Notes: a model not told the origin generated them from the sequence alone. 64,000 nucleotides of DNA from Candidatus Gastranaerophilales bacterium (GCA_028277625.1 JANQFW010000040.1:3036-67035); one strand, 5' to 3'; shown: positions 1-7,664, counted from the first letter of the stretch. A program made the numbers and translations.

Positions 1-1023
1 GGCGAAATTTTAAAAATGAACGCAAGATCAATTGATATACCATCAAGGTTTGGTGGCGAAGAATTTACGATAATACTTCCCGGCATTGATACAGAAGGCG
101 CAATGGTTGCCGCAGAGCGTTTAAGAATAGCTGTTGAGTCATCTCAATTACCGGAAATTGGTACAATAACTACTAGTGTAGGGGTAGCAACATTCTTAAG
201 GCATACTGATTCTATAAGTGAATTATTAGAACTAGTAGACCAAGCCCTCTACAAAGCAAAAAGAAACGGCAGAAACCAAGTTCAACTAGCTTCGCAAAAA
301 GAAGAAATGAACTGGCAAGTTACGGCACTGCTTACATTCGTAGATATTTTAACAAAACAAAGAGTGCCAATTAACAAAGAACTTGCTGATGAGTTAATAG
401 AAAAACTTAAAAAAGCACCTAATGACAAGCAAGACCTACAAGATTTTCTATACTATATAGTTGACGCACTGACTTACACATTTGAACCTGTGTACCAAAG
501 AAAAGACATTCAAAAGAAAATAGACATAGCCGCAGAAATGGCAAAAAGATTAAACATGGCAAGAGGTGAAAGAGACTGCCTAAAGCTTGCTATATTACTA
601 AATGATGTCGGCAAAATCATGGTTCCCGAAGATATTCTACTCAAACCAGGCCCATTAGATGATGATGAAAAGAGGCAAATCATCAAACATCCGGTAATAG
701 CAGCAAAAGAAATGCTAAAACCGCTAAAGCCTTCATCTTGTGTAGTAAATATAATGGAAAGCTACAAAGAATGCTGGGATGGAACAGGCTACCCGGGCGA
801 ATTAAAAGGCAGCCAAATACCGTTAGCATCAAGAATTATATCTATTATAGACGCATACTATGCAATGACAAGCGATCGTCCCTACAGAAAAGCAATGTCG
901 CATGACGAGGCAATACAACTGCTCAAAGAAGGCGCAAACGTAAAATGGGACGAACGACTAGTAAATATGTTTATAGAAATAGTAGAAAAAATTAAAAACA
1001 GTGTTATAACAGACAAAAAATAA
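1..1023 (+). CDS. Signalling protein fragment: GGDEF diguanylate-cyclase domain (5' end cut by window edge) fused to a degenerate HD-GYP domain
   Basis: The frame is open from nt 1 (listed ORF 16..1023). It carries the 'SRFGGEEF' GGDEF active-site motif and the 'LYKAKRNGRNQV' domain end. The C-terminal 'WDGTGYPGELKGSQIPLASRIISIIDAYYAMTSDRPYR' fits the HD-GYP signature, but HD reads 'ND' (LLNDVGKI) and HHE reads 'YKE'. Confidence 0.85.
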   Translation, partial: GEILKMNARSIDIPSRFGGEEFTIILPGIDTEGAMVAAERLRIAVESSQLPEIGTITTSVGVATFLRHTDSISELLELVDQALYKAKRNGRNQVQLASQKEEMNWQVTALLTFVDILTKQRVPINKELADELIEKLKKAPNDKQDLQDFLYYIVDALTYTFEPVYQRKDIQKKIDIAAEMAKRLNMARGERDCLKLAILLNDVGKIMVPEDILLKPGPLDDDEKRQIIKHPVIAAKEMLKPLKPSSCVVNIMESYKECWDGTGYPGELKGSQIPLASRIISIIDAYYAMTSDRPYRKAMSHDEAIQLLKEGANVKWDERLVNMFIEIVEKIKNSVITDKK

Positions 1024-1334
1024 CTACATAAAGCTTTTAATAAACAGCTTCATGCTTTTATACAGTGTTTTTTACCATTTTTTTATTATTAAATTTCAAA
1101 AAACAAAGAATTAACAAAGTCTAAAGTCCACCCATAAGACTCTAAAACTTTGCAAATAAAACTTTTTTACAATTTTGATAGCCACATTACTATCAAATTA
1201 TTAACAATCTAAAATAAGAAAGCAAGGGCATACGAGAACTTCTATTTTTTACAAAACTACATAATATAAAGCTTAACTGAATTAAAACACAGCTAAAGCA
1301 CATGTAGCAAAGTAAGATTTAGAAGGAGAATAAC

Positions 1335-1931
1335 ATGTTAAAACTAAAAGAAAGAGTAATGAAAATGGCAAAGGACATTTTCGAAATTCATTCACCTTAT
1401 GGCAAAAGAGAACAAGCTGTATTTGGTGAAATGGGTCAACAAATGAAAGCTTTCATGGCAAACAAAGCATATTCATTTGACAACGTTATAGAAAAAATGA
1501 AAGACCTTAAAAAAGATTTTATGGAAGATGGAGCAATATCTCTTTCCACAGGCAAATTAAACAAGTTTATAGGAAAAATAAAAGAAGTAGTAGCTACACA
1601 CTACCCAGACCTGGCAAATTGGCAACAAACAGGCCTGGATAAAGCAAATGATGTAATTGCAGGCATACAAAAAGACCATGGCAATGCGGATGAAATAACA
1701 CTTTCCGGTGAAGAAATACGTGATTATGTCGGTAAAATTAGCAAAGAAATAGTGGGAGCTGTAAAAACAAGTCAAGCAGTACCAGAAAGCCACTTCATAG
1801 CTATAGATAAAATCAATCAATTAATCTCAGACAAACTAGCATACGACCTGGTTAAAGCTTGCGAAGTTGACGCAACTGCACAACCAACTAACGAAGTTGT
1901 TGAATTCCAACCTCTTGTACCAAGCCTATAA
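1335..1931 (+). CDS. Hypothetical protein, 198 aa, no recognisable domain
   Basis: The ATG is preceded by AAGGAGA at good spacing, and the K/E-rich composition matches neighbouring genes. The 3' end overlaps convergent ORF 1817..2731 by 115 nt. Confidence 0.5.
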   Translation: MLKLKERVMKMAKDIFEIHSPYGKREQAVFGEMGQQMKAFMANKAYSFDNVIEKMKDLKKDFMEDGAISLSTGKLNKFIGKIKEVVATHYPDLANWQQTGLDKANDVIAGIQKDHGNADEITLSGEEIRDYVGKISKEIVGAVKTSQAVPESHFIAIDKINQLISDKLAYDLVKACEVDATAQPTNEVVEFQPLVPSL

Positions 1932-2731
1932 TAAGCCCTTAGACAATTCAAGGATCTCAATAAATCCACACTCTCTACTATTGATGGTTCATCAAATATT
2001 TCAAGAGAAATTTGAGGTTCAAGCCCATGTTTACTGAAGCAATCAGAGATCTTTGCAAAATCTATAGTACCCTTTGCCAAAGATTGATGAGAATCAAATT
2101 TTGAACAATTATTATGATAATGCATATACTCTACCCTATCTGCGCATTTCTCAATCCACTGAGAAATGCGCAGGTTTGAATATACATTTACATGCCCCAC
2201 ATCAATGCATATTTTCAAATAGTTATTAGCAACATTATCAATAATTCTATTTAATATATCAGGCTCAGCTTCATAAGTGTTCTCTAAAAAAACTTTAATG
2301 CCAATATCATCAAAATTCTTTATATACTCTTGCCAAAACTCGCTTTGCTTTTCCACAAAATAATTATCATAAAATCCCAGCCTCACCTGAGAATTATACG
2401 CAGTATGAAAAATAAGCGCACTAACCTTCAATTCTTGCGCTGCAATAATAATTTGTTCATAGCGCTTAAGAGTAAAAACTTTAACACCAGGATCCATAGC
2501 AATAGGATTTAAATCATAAAAAGGTGCATGTATTGTCAAAGTGCCATTAAAAGAAGAAAAAGCTTCTTTAAACTCTTTTAGCTTTTGCTCAAAGCTATTT
2601 TCAAGTATATAAGGATCAACAAAATCACATACTTCTATACCCGCACCAAGCCTTTGGGCAAGTTTTATCGAGTTCACAATATTATCAGTTGAACACGAAG
2701 AAATTAATAGTTTTAAATCTTTATTGTGCAT
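1817..2731 (-). CDS. Sugar phosphate isomerase/epimerase-like protein (xylose isomerase-like TIM barrel)
   Basis: Successive strand-end motifs 'IHAPFYDLNP', 'LIFHTAY', 'VFLENTYE', 'ICIDVGHVNVY' and 'YMHYHNN' resemble this TIM-barrel family. The last ~38 codons ('GTRGWNSTTSLVGCAVASTSQ') look like antisense read-through of ORF 1335..1931, so the true C-terminus is uncertain. Confidence 0.65.
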   Translation of the reverse strand: MHNKDLKLLISSCSTDNIVNSIKLAQRLGAGIEVCDFVDPYILENSFEQKLKEFKEAFSSFNGTLTIHAPFYDLNPIAMDPGVKVFTLKRYEQIIIAAQELKVSALIFHTAYNSQVRLGFYDNYFVEKQSEFWQEYIKNFDDIGIKVFLENTYEAEPDILNRIIDNVANNYLKICIDVGHVNVYSNLRISQWIEKCADRVEYMHYHNNCSKFDSHQSLAKGTIDFAKISDCFSKHGLEPQISLEIFDEPSIVESVDLLRSLNCLRAYYRLGTRGWNSTTSLVGCAVASTSQALTRSYASLSEIN

Positions 2732-4919
2732 TATTTATACCCACTTCAGCACTTTTTAGCAAAAACTGCTTTAAACCGGTAAATCTATTTTTCGTATCAT
2801 TACGCCTAACAGACTGAATCAGCCCGGGCTTATTACCTACAAGTATTACAAGTTTTTTGCCTCTTGTAACAGCCGTATAAATTAAATTTCGCTGCAACAT
2901 AACATAATGCTGACTATGAACAGGTATTATAACAACGGGATATTCACTCCCTTGGCTTTTATGTATAGTAATAGCATAAGCATGCGTTATCTCATCGAGC
3001 TCATCAAAGCCGTATTGAACCTCATTATCATCAAAAACAACTGTCAGCTCTTCTTGTTCATTGTCTATATGCTTAATTTTTCCAATATCACCGTTAAAAA
3101 CATTTTTATCATAATTATTAACAGTTTGCATTACCTTATCATTAACTCGATAAACAGAATTAAATTTCTTAATAAAAGCCCCTTTTGGGTTTAAAATTTT
3201 CTGTATTTCTTTATTTAAAGATTCTACACCGATCACACCTTTATACATAGGTGCTAACACCTGTATTTCAGTTAACGGATCAAATCCAAATTTTTGCGGA
3301 ACTGACTCTTTTATTAATTTTTTAATAACACTTAGGGCATTTTCAGGCTTATTAGATTCTATAAAATAAAAATCCGTAGAGTTCGGCTCATTAACTTTAG
3401 ACCTTGGATAATCAGGCAACTTGCCGCAATTAATCCTATGAGCATTTAATGCTATGTTGCTGCCTTTTTCTTGCCTAAAAATCTTTTCTAATTTACACAC
3501 AGGTATTTTATTTGATTCTATAATATCTTTCAAAATATTCCCCGGCCCCACAGAAGGCAATTGGTCCTTATCCCCGATAAAAATCAAAACTGCATGTTCA
3601 GGCAAAGCTTTTATCAGTGCATTTGCAAGAAACAAATCAAGCATACTGCTTTCATCTACAATAAAAACCTCACCCCTCAGCTTAGACTTAGCGCCATACT
3701 TAAACCGCCCGGAAAACGGATCAAACTCAAGCAACCTATGAATAGTACTTGCTTCACTTTCTGTGGACTCAGATAATCTTTTTGCGGCCCTGCCAGTTGG
3801 CGCACATAAATGTGCTCTTTGCTTATTATCACTAAAAATATTTAATATTAACTTTGTTATAGTTGTTTTGCCTACCCCCGGCCCACCGGTTATAACCAAA
3901 ACATTGTTATTAACAGCCATTTTAATTGCTTCAACTTGTTCAGGAGCAAACTTAAAGTTATTTTCGCTTTCAAATTTATCTATATATTCTTGAGCATCAA
4001 CATCTTTGCATGGTGGCTCATTCTGATTTAAAAACAAAAGTTTCTGGGTAATTTCACTTTCTATATTATAAATAATATCTAAATAAACATACTCTTGATT
4101 ATCCAAAAGCTTAGTTTTTACTAACTTGCCACCATTAATTAATCCATTTACAGATTGTGCAACAAGCTTTGGACTTATATCAAGAAGATAAGCCGCTTTG
4201 TTTATCAAGTCCTCATAAGGAAAAGCACAGTGGCCATCTTTTTGAATTTCATTTAATACATGCAAAATCCCGGCACTAACCCGATTCTCAGAATACTTTG
4301 ATATATATAAGTTCTGAGCAATCAAGTCAGCTTGCTTAAACCCAATCCCCTTAATATCTTCAACAAGCTGATAAGGATTCTCTTTTATTTTATTTACAGA
4401 ATGCTTCCCATATTCCTTATAAATTCTTAGAGCCTTTGCCGTGGTCAATTCCTTACCAAAATTCAAGACTATATCTTTTATGGCCTTGTGCTCTTTCCAA
4501 CTTTTTTGCACTTTCTCAAGCTTAGACTCTCCAAAGCCTTTTAAAGCCAGCAGCCTAGATGGTTCTTTATCTAAAATTCTAAATATGTCACTGCCGTATT
4601 TTTCAGTTAAAATACCTGCATAATGCCTACCAATACCTTTTATCAATCCTGAGCCCAAAAACTTTTTAATACTTTCCGGGGTTTCCGGATAAGATGTTGT
4701 TATATCAGTCGCCTGAAACTGCTTACCGTACTCTTTGTTTTCTGTCCAACTGCCTTTTGCCTCAATACTCTCACCTTCATTAAGCCTAGTACCATTTGTG
4801 GTCAGCGTTATCTCATTTTCTTTATCATCAATTACTTGCACCACGATAAAGCCAGTATCTTCTGACCAGTATGTTACTTTATCTATATAGCCTTTAATGC
4901 TTTCGTTTTCTTGATTCAT
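2721..4919 (-). CDS. recD2: ATP-dependent RecD-like (RecD2/TraA family) SF1 DNA helicase
   Basis: 732 aa with Walker A 'GGPGVGKTT', motif II 'FIVDESSML', 'GDKDQLPSVGPG', 'AITIHKSQGSEYPVVI' and 'LIYTAVTRGKKLVILVG'. Confidence 0.9.
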   Translation of the reverse strand: MNQENESIKGYIDKVTYWSEDTGFIVVQVIDDKENEITLTTNGTRLNEGESIEAKGSWTENKEYGKQFQATDITTSYPETPESIKKFLGSGLIKGIGRHYAGILTEKYGSDIFRILDKEPSRLLALKGFGESKLEKVQKSWKEHKAIKDIVLNFGKELTTAKALRIYKEYGKHSVNKIKENPYQLVEDIKGIGFKQADLIAQNLYISKYSENRVSAGILHVLNEIQKDGHCAFPYEDLINKAAYLLDISPKLVAQSVNGLINGGKLVKTKLLDNQEYVYLDIIYNIESEITQKLLFLNQNEPPCKDVDAQEYIDKFESENNFKFAPEQVEAIKMAVNNNVLVITGGPGVGKTTITKLILNIFSDNKQRAHLCAPTGRAAKRLSESTESEASTIHRLLEFDPFSGRFKYGAKSKLRGEVFIVDESSMLDLFLANALIKALPEHAVLIFIGDKDQLPSVGPGNILKDIIESNKIPVCKLEKIFRQEKGSNIALNAHRINCGKLPDYPRSKVNEPNSTDFYFIESNKPENALSVIKKLIKESVPQKFGFDPLTEIQVLAPMYKGVIGVESLNKEIQKILNPKGAFIKKFNSVYRVNDKVMQTVNNYDKNVFNGDIGKIKHIDNEQEELTVVFDDNEVQYGFDELDEITHAYAITIHKSQGSEYPVVIIPVHSQHYVMLQRNLIYTAVTRGKKLVILVGNKPGLIQSVRRNDTKNRFTGLKQFLLKSAEVGINNAQ

Positions 4920-5170
4920 TATTTTTCAATTTAAATTATGTTAATTTATTTTAATTATTACAAAAAAAGTGTTATAAATGCAAAAAAATTGGGAATAAAT
5001 ATAATAGGAACCGAAACTAATTTAAATTATTACTTTAATAAAATAAGCAGAAGGGAGTGGTGGACTAGACTGATAATAAATTTAGCTTAAGCTTTGTTTA
5101 TGAAAAATGTAGGAAAGGTGTGAGTTAGAAAAAACCACTTTAGTACGTAATTTAATTTAAGATTTAGAGC

Positions 5171-5220
5171 AATATCCTGATTATTCTCATTTTTAAGAAT
5201 ATTCAGGATATTTGTTTTTT
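5171..5220 (+). terminator. Strong rho-independent terminator with no annotated gene upstream on its strand
   Basis: Arms 'aatatcctgattattct' and 'agaatattcaggatatt' pair over 10 bp, one mismatch, then 6 bp, with an 8-nt loop. The stem is followed by 'tgtttttt'. There is no T-run on the opposite strand. Confidence 0.6.
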
Positions 5221-5320
5221 AAAACTATAAATTAGATAATCTAAAATTATTGTACAAATTTTTATTATAATGCTAATATTTTAGGTATTATAATAAAGCA
5301 AAGCTGTATATCATTGCGAA

Positions 5321-5363
5321 ATAGGCGAAAAACAAAACTTATGTAAGGAATTAGCAATTAAAG
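5321..5363 (+). promoter_or_regulatory. Copy 1 of a ~40-nt conserved intergenic motif (AGG-N2-AAAAACAAA-N2-TTATGTA-N5-ATT-N-GCAATT)
   Basis: 'ataggcgaaaaacaaaacttatgtaaggaattagcaattaaag' closely resembles 6324..6366 and 17362..17405. Confidence 0.35.
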
Positions 5364-5388
5364 ATTAATAGGGAAAGAATAATATAAA

Positions 5389-5946
5389 ATGCATTTAGTT
5401 AAATATAATAGCTCAGGAAAACTTGTAAACACTCGAAAGTACCCAAAAGAAGAGATTTTACGACAGTTTAATCTGGAAACAAAAGGAGCTGCTCTTGCAA
5501 CCAAAAATATAGCAACACTCGCAAATGGAGAAACACTTGTTCTTGTAGATATTGAGGGCAGCAGCAATAAAGAAATTCTAGAAAGTGCCGTCAAACAGTT
5601 AAAACAGCATAAAAAAACTCTTAAAACTCTCAAGGAATCAATCGAAAGATTCAAAAAGGCAGGCGAAAGGTACACGCTTAAAAAAAGTTTATCTGAGAGT
5701 CTGGGGCTGGGAGTTAAAAAAGCTGCTGTAAATAATAAAGCTGGCATTCCTATCAAACCCCTGCAAGAAACCATTTTAGATTTATATGTACCAACATTAA
5801 GAGCAGCAGCTAAATTTAAAGATTTTGGAAAACAGCACAGAGCAAAAAAAATGGCTAAGTTAAAAGAGGCTTACCCAAATACCAGTAAGGCAGCTTTAGA
5901 GCTTGTATTAAAAGCAGTAACTAAATTCAAAGCCCAAAAGTTATAG
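5389..5946 (+). CDS. Lys-rich hypothetical protein, intact member (P1) of a local three-gene paralog family
   Basis: 185-aa ORF. The N-half motif 'LANGETLVLVDIEGSSNKEILESAVKQLK' recurs in 7149..7571. The C-half motifs 'AGIPIKP' and 'ELVLKAVTKFK' recur at 6045..6304. Confidence 0.6.
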   Translation: MHLVKYNSSGKLVNTRKYPKEEILRQFNLETKGAALATKNIATLANGETLVLVDIEGSSNKEILESAVKQLKQHKKTLKTLKESIERFKKAGERYTLKKSLSESLGLGVKKAAVNNKAGIPIKPLQETILDLYVPTLRAAAKFKDFGKQHRAKKMAKLKEAYPNTSKAALELVLKAVTKFKAQKL

Positions 5947-6044
5947 CTCAGTAGTTTTTATTAAATAAAATTTATACTCTCTTTTATTTTAAAAATATTT
6001 GATAAATAATAATTAAGTTTTAAACTAATTAAAAGGATATAAAA

Positions 6045-6304
6045 ATGAGTGTTCAAAGCCCCCTACTTAAAAGTACTGTTACATATGATGCTAAAACTGG
6101 TATGCCCATAAAGATGGCATTGATAAACAGTAACGCCAAAAGCAATAGCTGCCTAACGAAAAGCCCTCTAATAGCATCAAAACTAAGCAATAAAAAAACA
6201 GTTGCTTTATCTAATATACCTATTCCTAATGCGATTAAACTTTAAGAAGTGAACTTGCTGTATTAAAAGCTGTTGCTAAATTCAAATCACTTCTAAAAAG
6301 ATAA
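6045..6304 (+). pseudogene. Short paralog (P2) of the C-terminal half of P1, interrupted by an apparent -1 frameshift at about 6239-6245
   Basis: ORF 6045..6245 ('TGMPIKMAL' vs P1 'AGIPIKPLQ') stops at 6243. The P1-like tail 'ELAVLKAVAKFKSLLKR*' continues in the -1 frame from 6239 to 6304. The tail DNA is about 80% like the P1 3' end by eye. Confidence 0.4.
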
Positions 6305-6323
6305 AATTGTATCACTATAAGAA

Positions 6324-6366
6324 ACAGGCAAAAAACAAATCTTATGTAGATCATTAACGATTGTTA
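6324..6366 (+). promoter_or_regulatory. Copy 2 of the ~40-nt conserved intergenic motif
   Basis: 'acaggcaaaaaacaaatcttatgtagatcattaacgattgtta'; see 5321..5363. Confidence 0.3.
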
Positions 6367-6483
6367 CAAAAATAATATTTGAATACAAATTTCATGCAGA
6401 AATTCTAAAAAGATGCTAAAATAGATATTAAGTATATATAAATATTTTGCTACATAATTTTGAGCGGTAAAGGCTATACAAAA

Positions 6484-6954
6484 ATGAACATTACACAGTA
6501 CATTAATAGTTTACTAGTTATTTTCTGGAATATAATTGCATTCCTATGCCCTTGTATTTCAAAAGACAATTTTGAAGAAGATAAAACACGCTCTTTATCT
6601 GTATGTGTAAATGTTTATAATTATTCTAGTAGCATATATACTATTCTAAAAGAATTTTCAAATAAATTATTATTAAAACATAACAACAAAAACTCTATCA
6701 ACATTACGATAGAGCCAAAAGACACATATAGAAATAAAAATGCTGTTATAAACAGAATAAATTTTGATAACACATTAATAAATCAAGCGATTAAATTCGC
6801 AAAATCATTATATTCCAATAGATTAAAGGATGCGCAAGCCACGCAAATTTTAATTTTAAAGAGGCATTTTATTCGCCTAGAGGATAAGTGTGCCCATTTT
6901 TCCCTTTTTGCAGTGCAAAAGTGTCATTGTCTAATTTTTATTGTTTTGATTTAA
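6484..6954 (+). CDS. Small hypothetical protein (156 aa from the ATG) with hydrophobic N- and C-terminal segments; paralog of 32045..32515
   Basis: It aligns without gaps to the 156-aa partner: 'LLVIFWNIIAFLC' vs 'LLIILWNITAFVC', 'YRNKN' vs 'YKNKN', and 'RLKDAQATQI...FIRLEDKCAHF...FAVQK.H.LIFIVLI'. An open frame of this length in both copies is unlikely by chance in AT-rich DNA. Both have 'aaaggct' upstream of the ATG. Confidence 0.55.
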   Translation: MNITQYINSLLVIFWNIIAFLCPCISKDNFEEDKTRSLSVCVNVYNYSSSIYTILKEFSNKLLLKHNNKNSINITIEPKDTYRNKNAVINRINFDNTLINQAIKFAKSLYSNRLKDAQATQILILKRHFIRLEDKCAHFSLFAVQKCHCLIFIVLI

Positions 6955-6977
6955 CACACAATTGAATAATCTTTTTT

Positions 6978-7054
6978 TTGCCCCTCTTTAAGGCTAAAAG
7001 AGCAAGTTTTGTGATGGGAGCTTTTCGCTGGTTGAAAAAGCTCCCATTTTTATT
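6978..7054 (+). terminator. Two tandem hairpins; the second is a rho-independent terminator
   Basis: Hairpin 1 pairs 'ctcttt' with 'aaagag' around the loop 'aaggcta'. Hairpin 2 pairs 'gggagctttt' (7016-7025) with 'aaaagctccc' (7036-7045) and is followed by 'atttttatt'. Both hairpins are conserved at 32538..32612. Confidence 0.65.
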
Positions 7055-7105
7055 GATATTTTCGATATTATTAGATAAAATTAAATATAATTAGGGAGAT
7101 AAAAA

Positions 7106-7571
7106 ATGACTACAATGCGAGGAGCTATAGTTCGATACAACCCACAGGGTGAAGCGACATTTTGCAAATAATAGCATAGCACAGCAGCCTCACGAAGCAT
7201 TGAATACTTTTCATACGAAAGAATTCTACAATATTGAAGAATATATGGGAGGATACTCTTCTCAAAAGAAAACTCCAAAAGGGTTAGCAGAATGGCTTGG
7301 AGAGAAATTTGTTTCGACAATTGCATTTCAACAACAAGCAAAAGGTTTGCCCATGCTTGAAGGCACGGCCAGATTTCCTAATGGAGATGTACTTGTAAAT
7401 ACATGGGGCCATAATGACAAACAAGTACTTAAAAATGCAGCTAAGAAATTAAAAGCAAGACAAAGCACTGAAAAGGCCGCATCTAAAATAAAGGCGATTG
7501 CAGAACAGAGAGTAGCTGCTAAAACTGTTAAAAAAGTTGTTGCTGATATTTTTAAAAAGGTAGCTAGATAA
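7106..7571 (+). pseudogene. Lys-rich family member P3, needing a +1 frameshift at about 7149-7168 to be read through
   Basis: The ATG at 7106 (RBS 'agggaga') gives 'MTTMRGAIVRYNPQGEATFCK*', compared with P1 'HLVKYNSSGK'. The rest of the homology lies in the +1 frame (ORF 7149..7571): 'QQPHEALNTF' vs P1 'KYPKEEILRQF', and 'FPNGDVLVNTWGHNDKQVLKNAAKKLK'. Confidence 0.45.
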
Positions 7572-7608
7572 TTATAAGCCCAATAAAGCTAACAATATTT
7601 TTCAAAAC

Positions 7609-7632
7609 AAATGAGGCTTTCGGGCCTCATTT
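7609..7632. terminator. Hairpin terminator between convergent genes
   Basis: 'aaatgaggc' pairs with 'gcctcattt' (9 bp) around a 6-nt loop. The T-run 'tttgtttt' lies on the minus strand downstream of the flavodiiron gene. Confidence 0.6.
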
Positions 7633-7664
7633 AGTCTATCTGTATACTTTTATTAATTTACAAT

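Larger units (their letters stand above)
6364..7054 (+). repeat. Copy A of a ~690-bp direct repeat (partner 31921..32612), covering a small ORF with its 5' leader and 3' hairpins
   Basis: The shared 5' segment is 'ttacaaaaataatattt'. The ORFs are collinear. The final ~230 bp are near-identical from 'gattaaaggatgcgc' through 'gggagcttttcgct.gttgaaaaagct.cc'. Confidence 0.8.

Noticed and set aside
1557-1820. Short overlapping or antisense ORFs from the track. These include 1557-1820, 2330-2512, 2907-4623 (a series within recD2), 8424-8663, 10462-10650, 16214-16516, 17502-17976, 18318-18572, 19165-19356, 19771-19956, 21109-21402, 22808-23014, 33180-34781 (a series), 35331-35534, 35974-36195, 37679-37873, 39279-39708, 40004-40521, 42730-43050, 44921-45217, 46517-47080, 48297-48539, 48924-49133, 50497-50682, 52205-52480, 52830-53078, 53572-53859, 54360-54551, 55704-56029, 57142-57354, 57754-58038, 62787-63134 and 63464-63652.
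   Set aside because: Each lies inside or antisense to a longer ORF with clear homology motifs. Their translated compositions are atypical and none has convincing start signals.
5358-5774. A 138-aa minus-strand ORF overlapping the Lys-rich gene P1.
   Set aside because: It is antisense to an ORF that has paralog support. Its composition is non-native (L/S/F/R/C-rich) and I found no RBS.
6364-7054. The idea that the ~690-bp repeat is a large structured non-coding RNA (OLE/ROOL/GOLLD-like) rather than a gene.
   Set aside because: Both copies keep an open frame of exactly 156 codons in stop-prone AT-rich DNA and align without gaps. They also share an 'aaaggct' box before the ATG, so protein coding is more likely. 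Only the conserved 3' UTR is kept as an RNA-level candidate. I cannot run Rfam here.
6810-7054. A diversity-generating retroelement template/variable repeat pair as an explanation for the two conserved 3' segments.
   Set aside because: The substitutions between the copies are ordinary mixed changes (C/T, G/A, T/C, A/T), not adenine-specific. No reverse transcriptase gene is present in the window.
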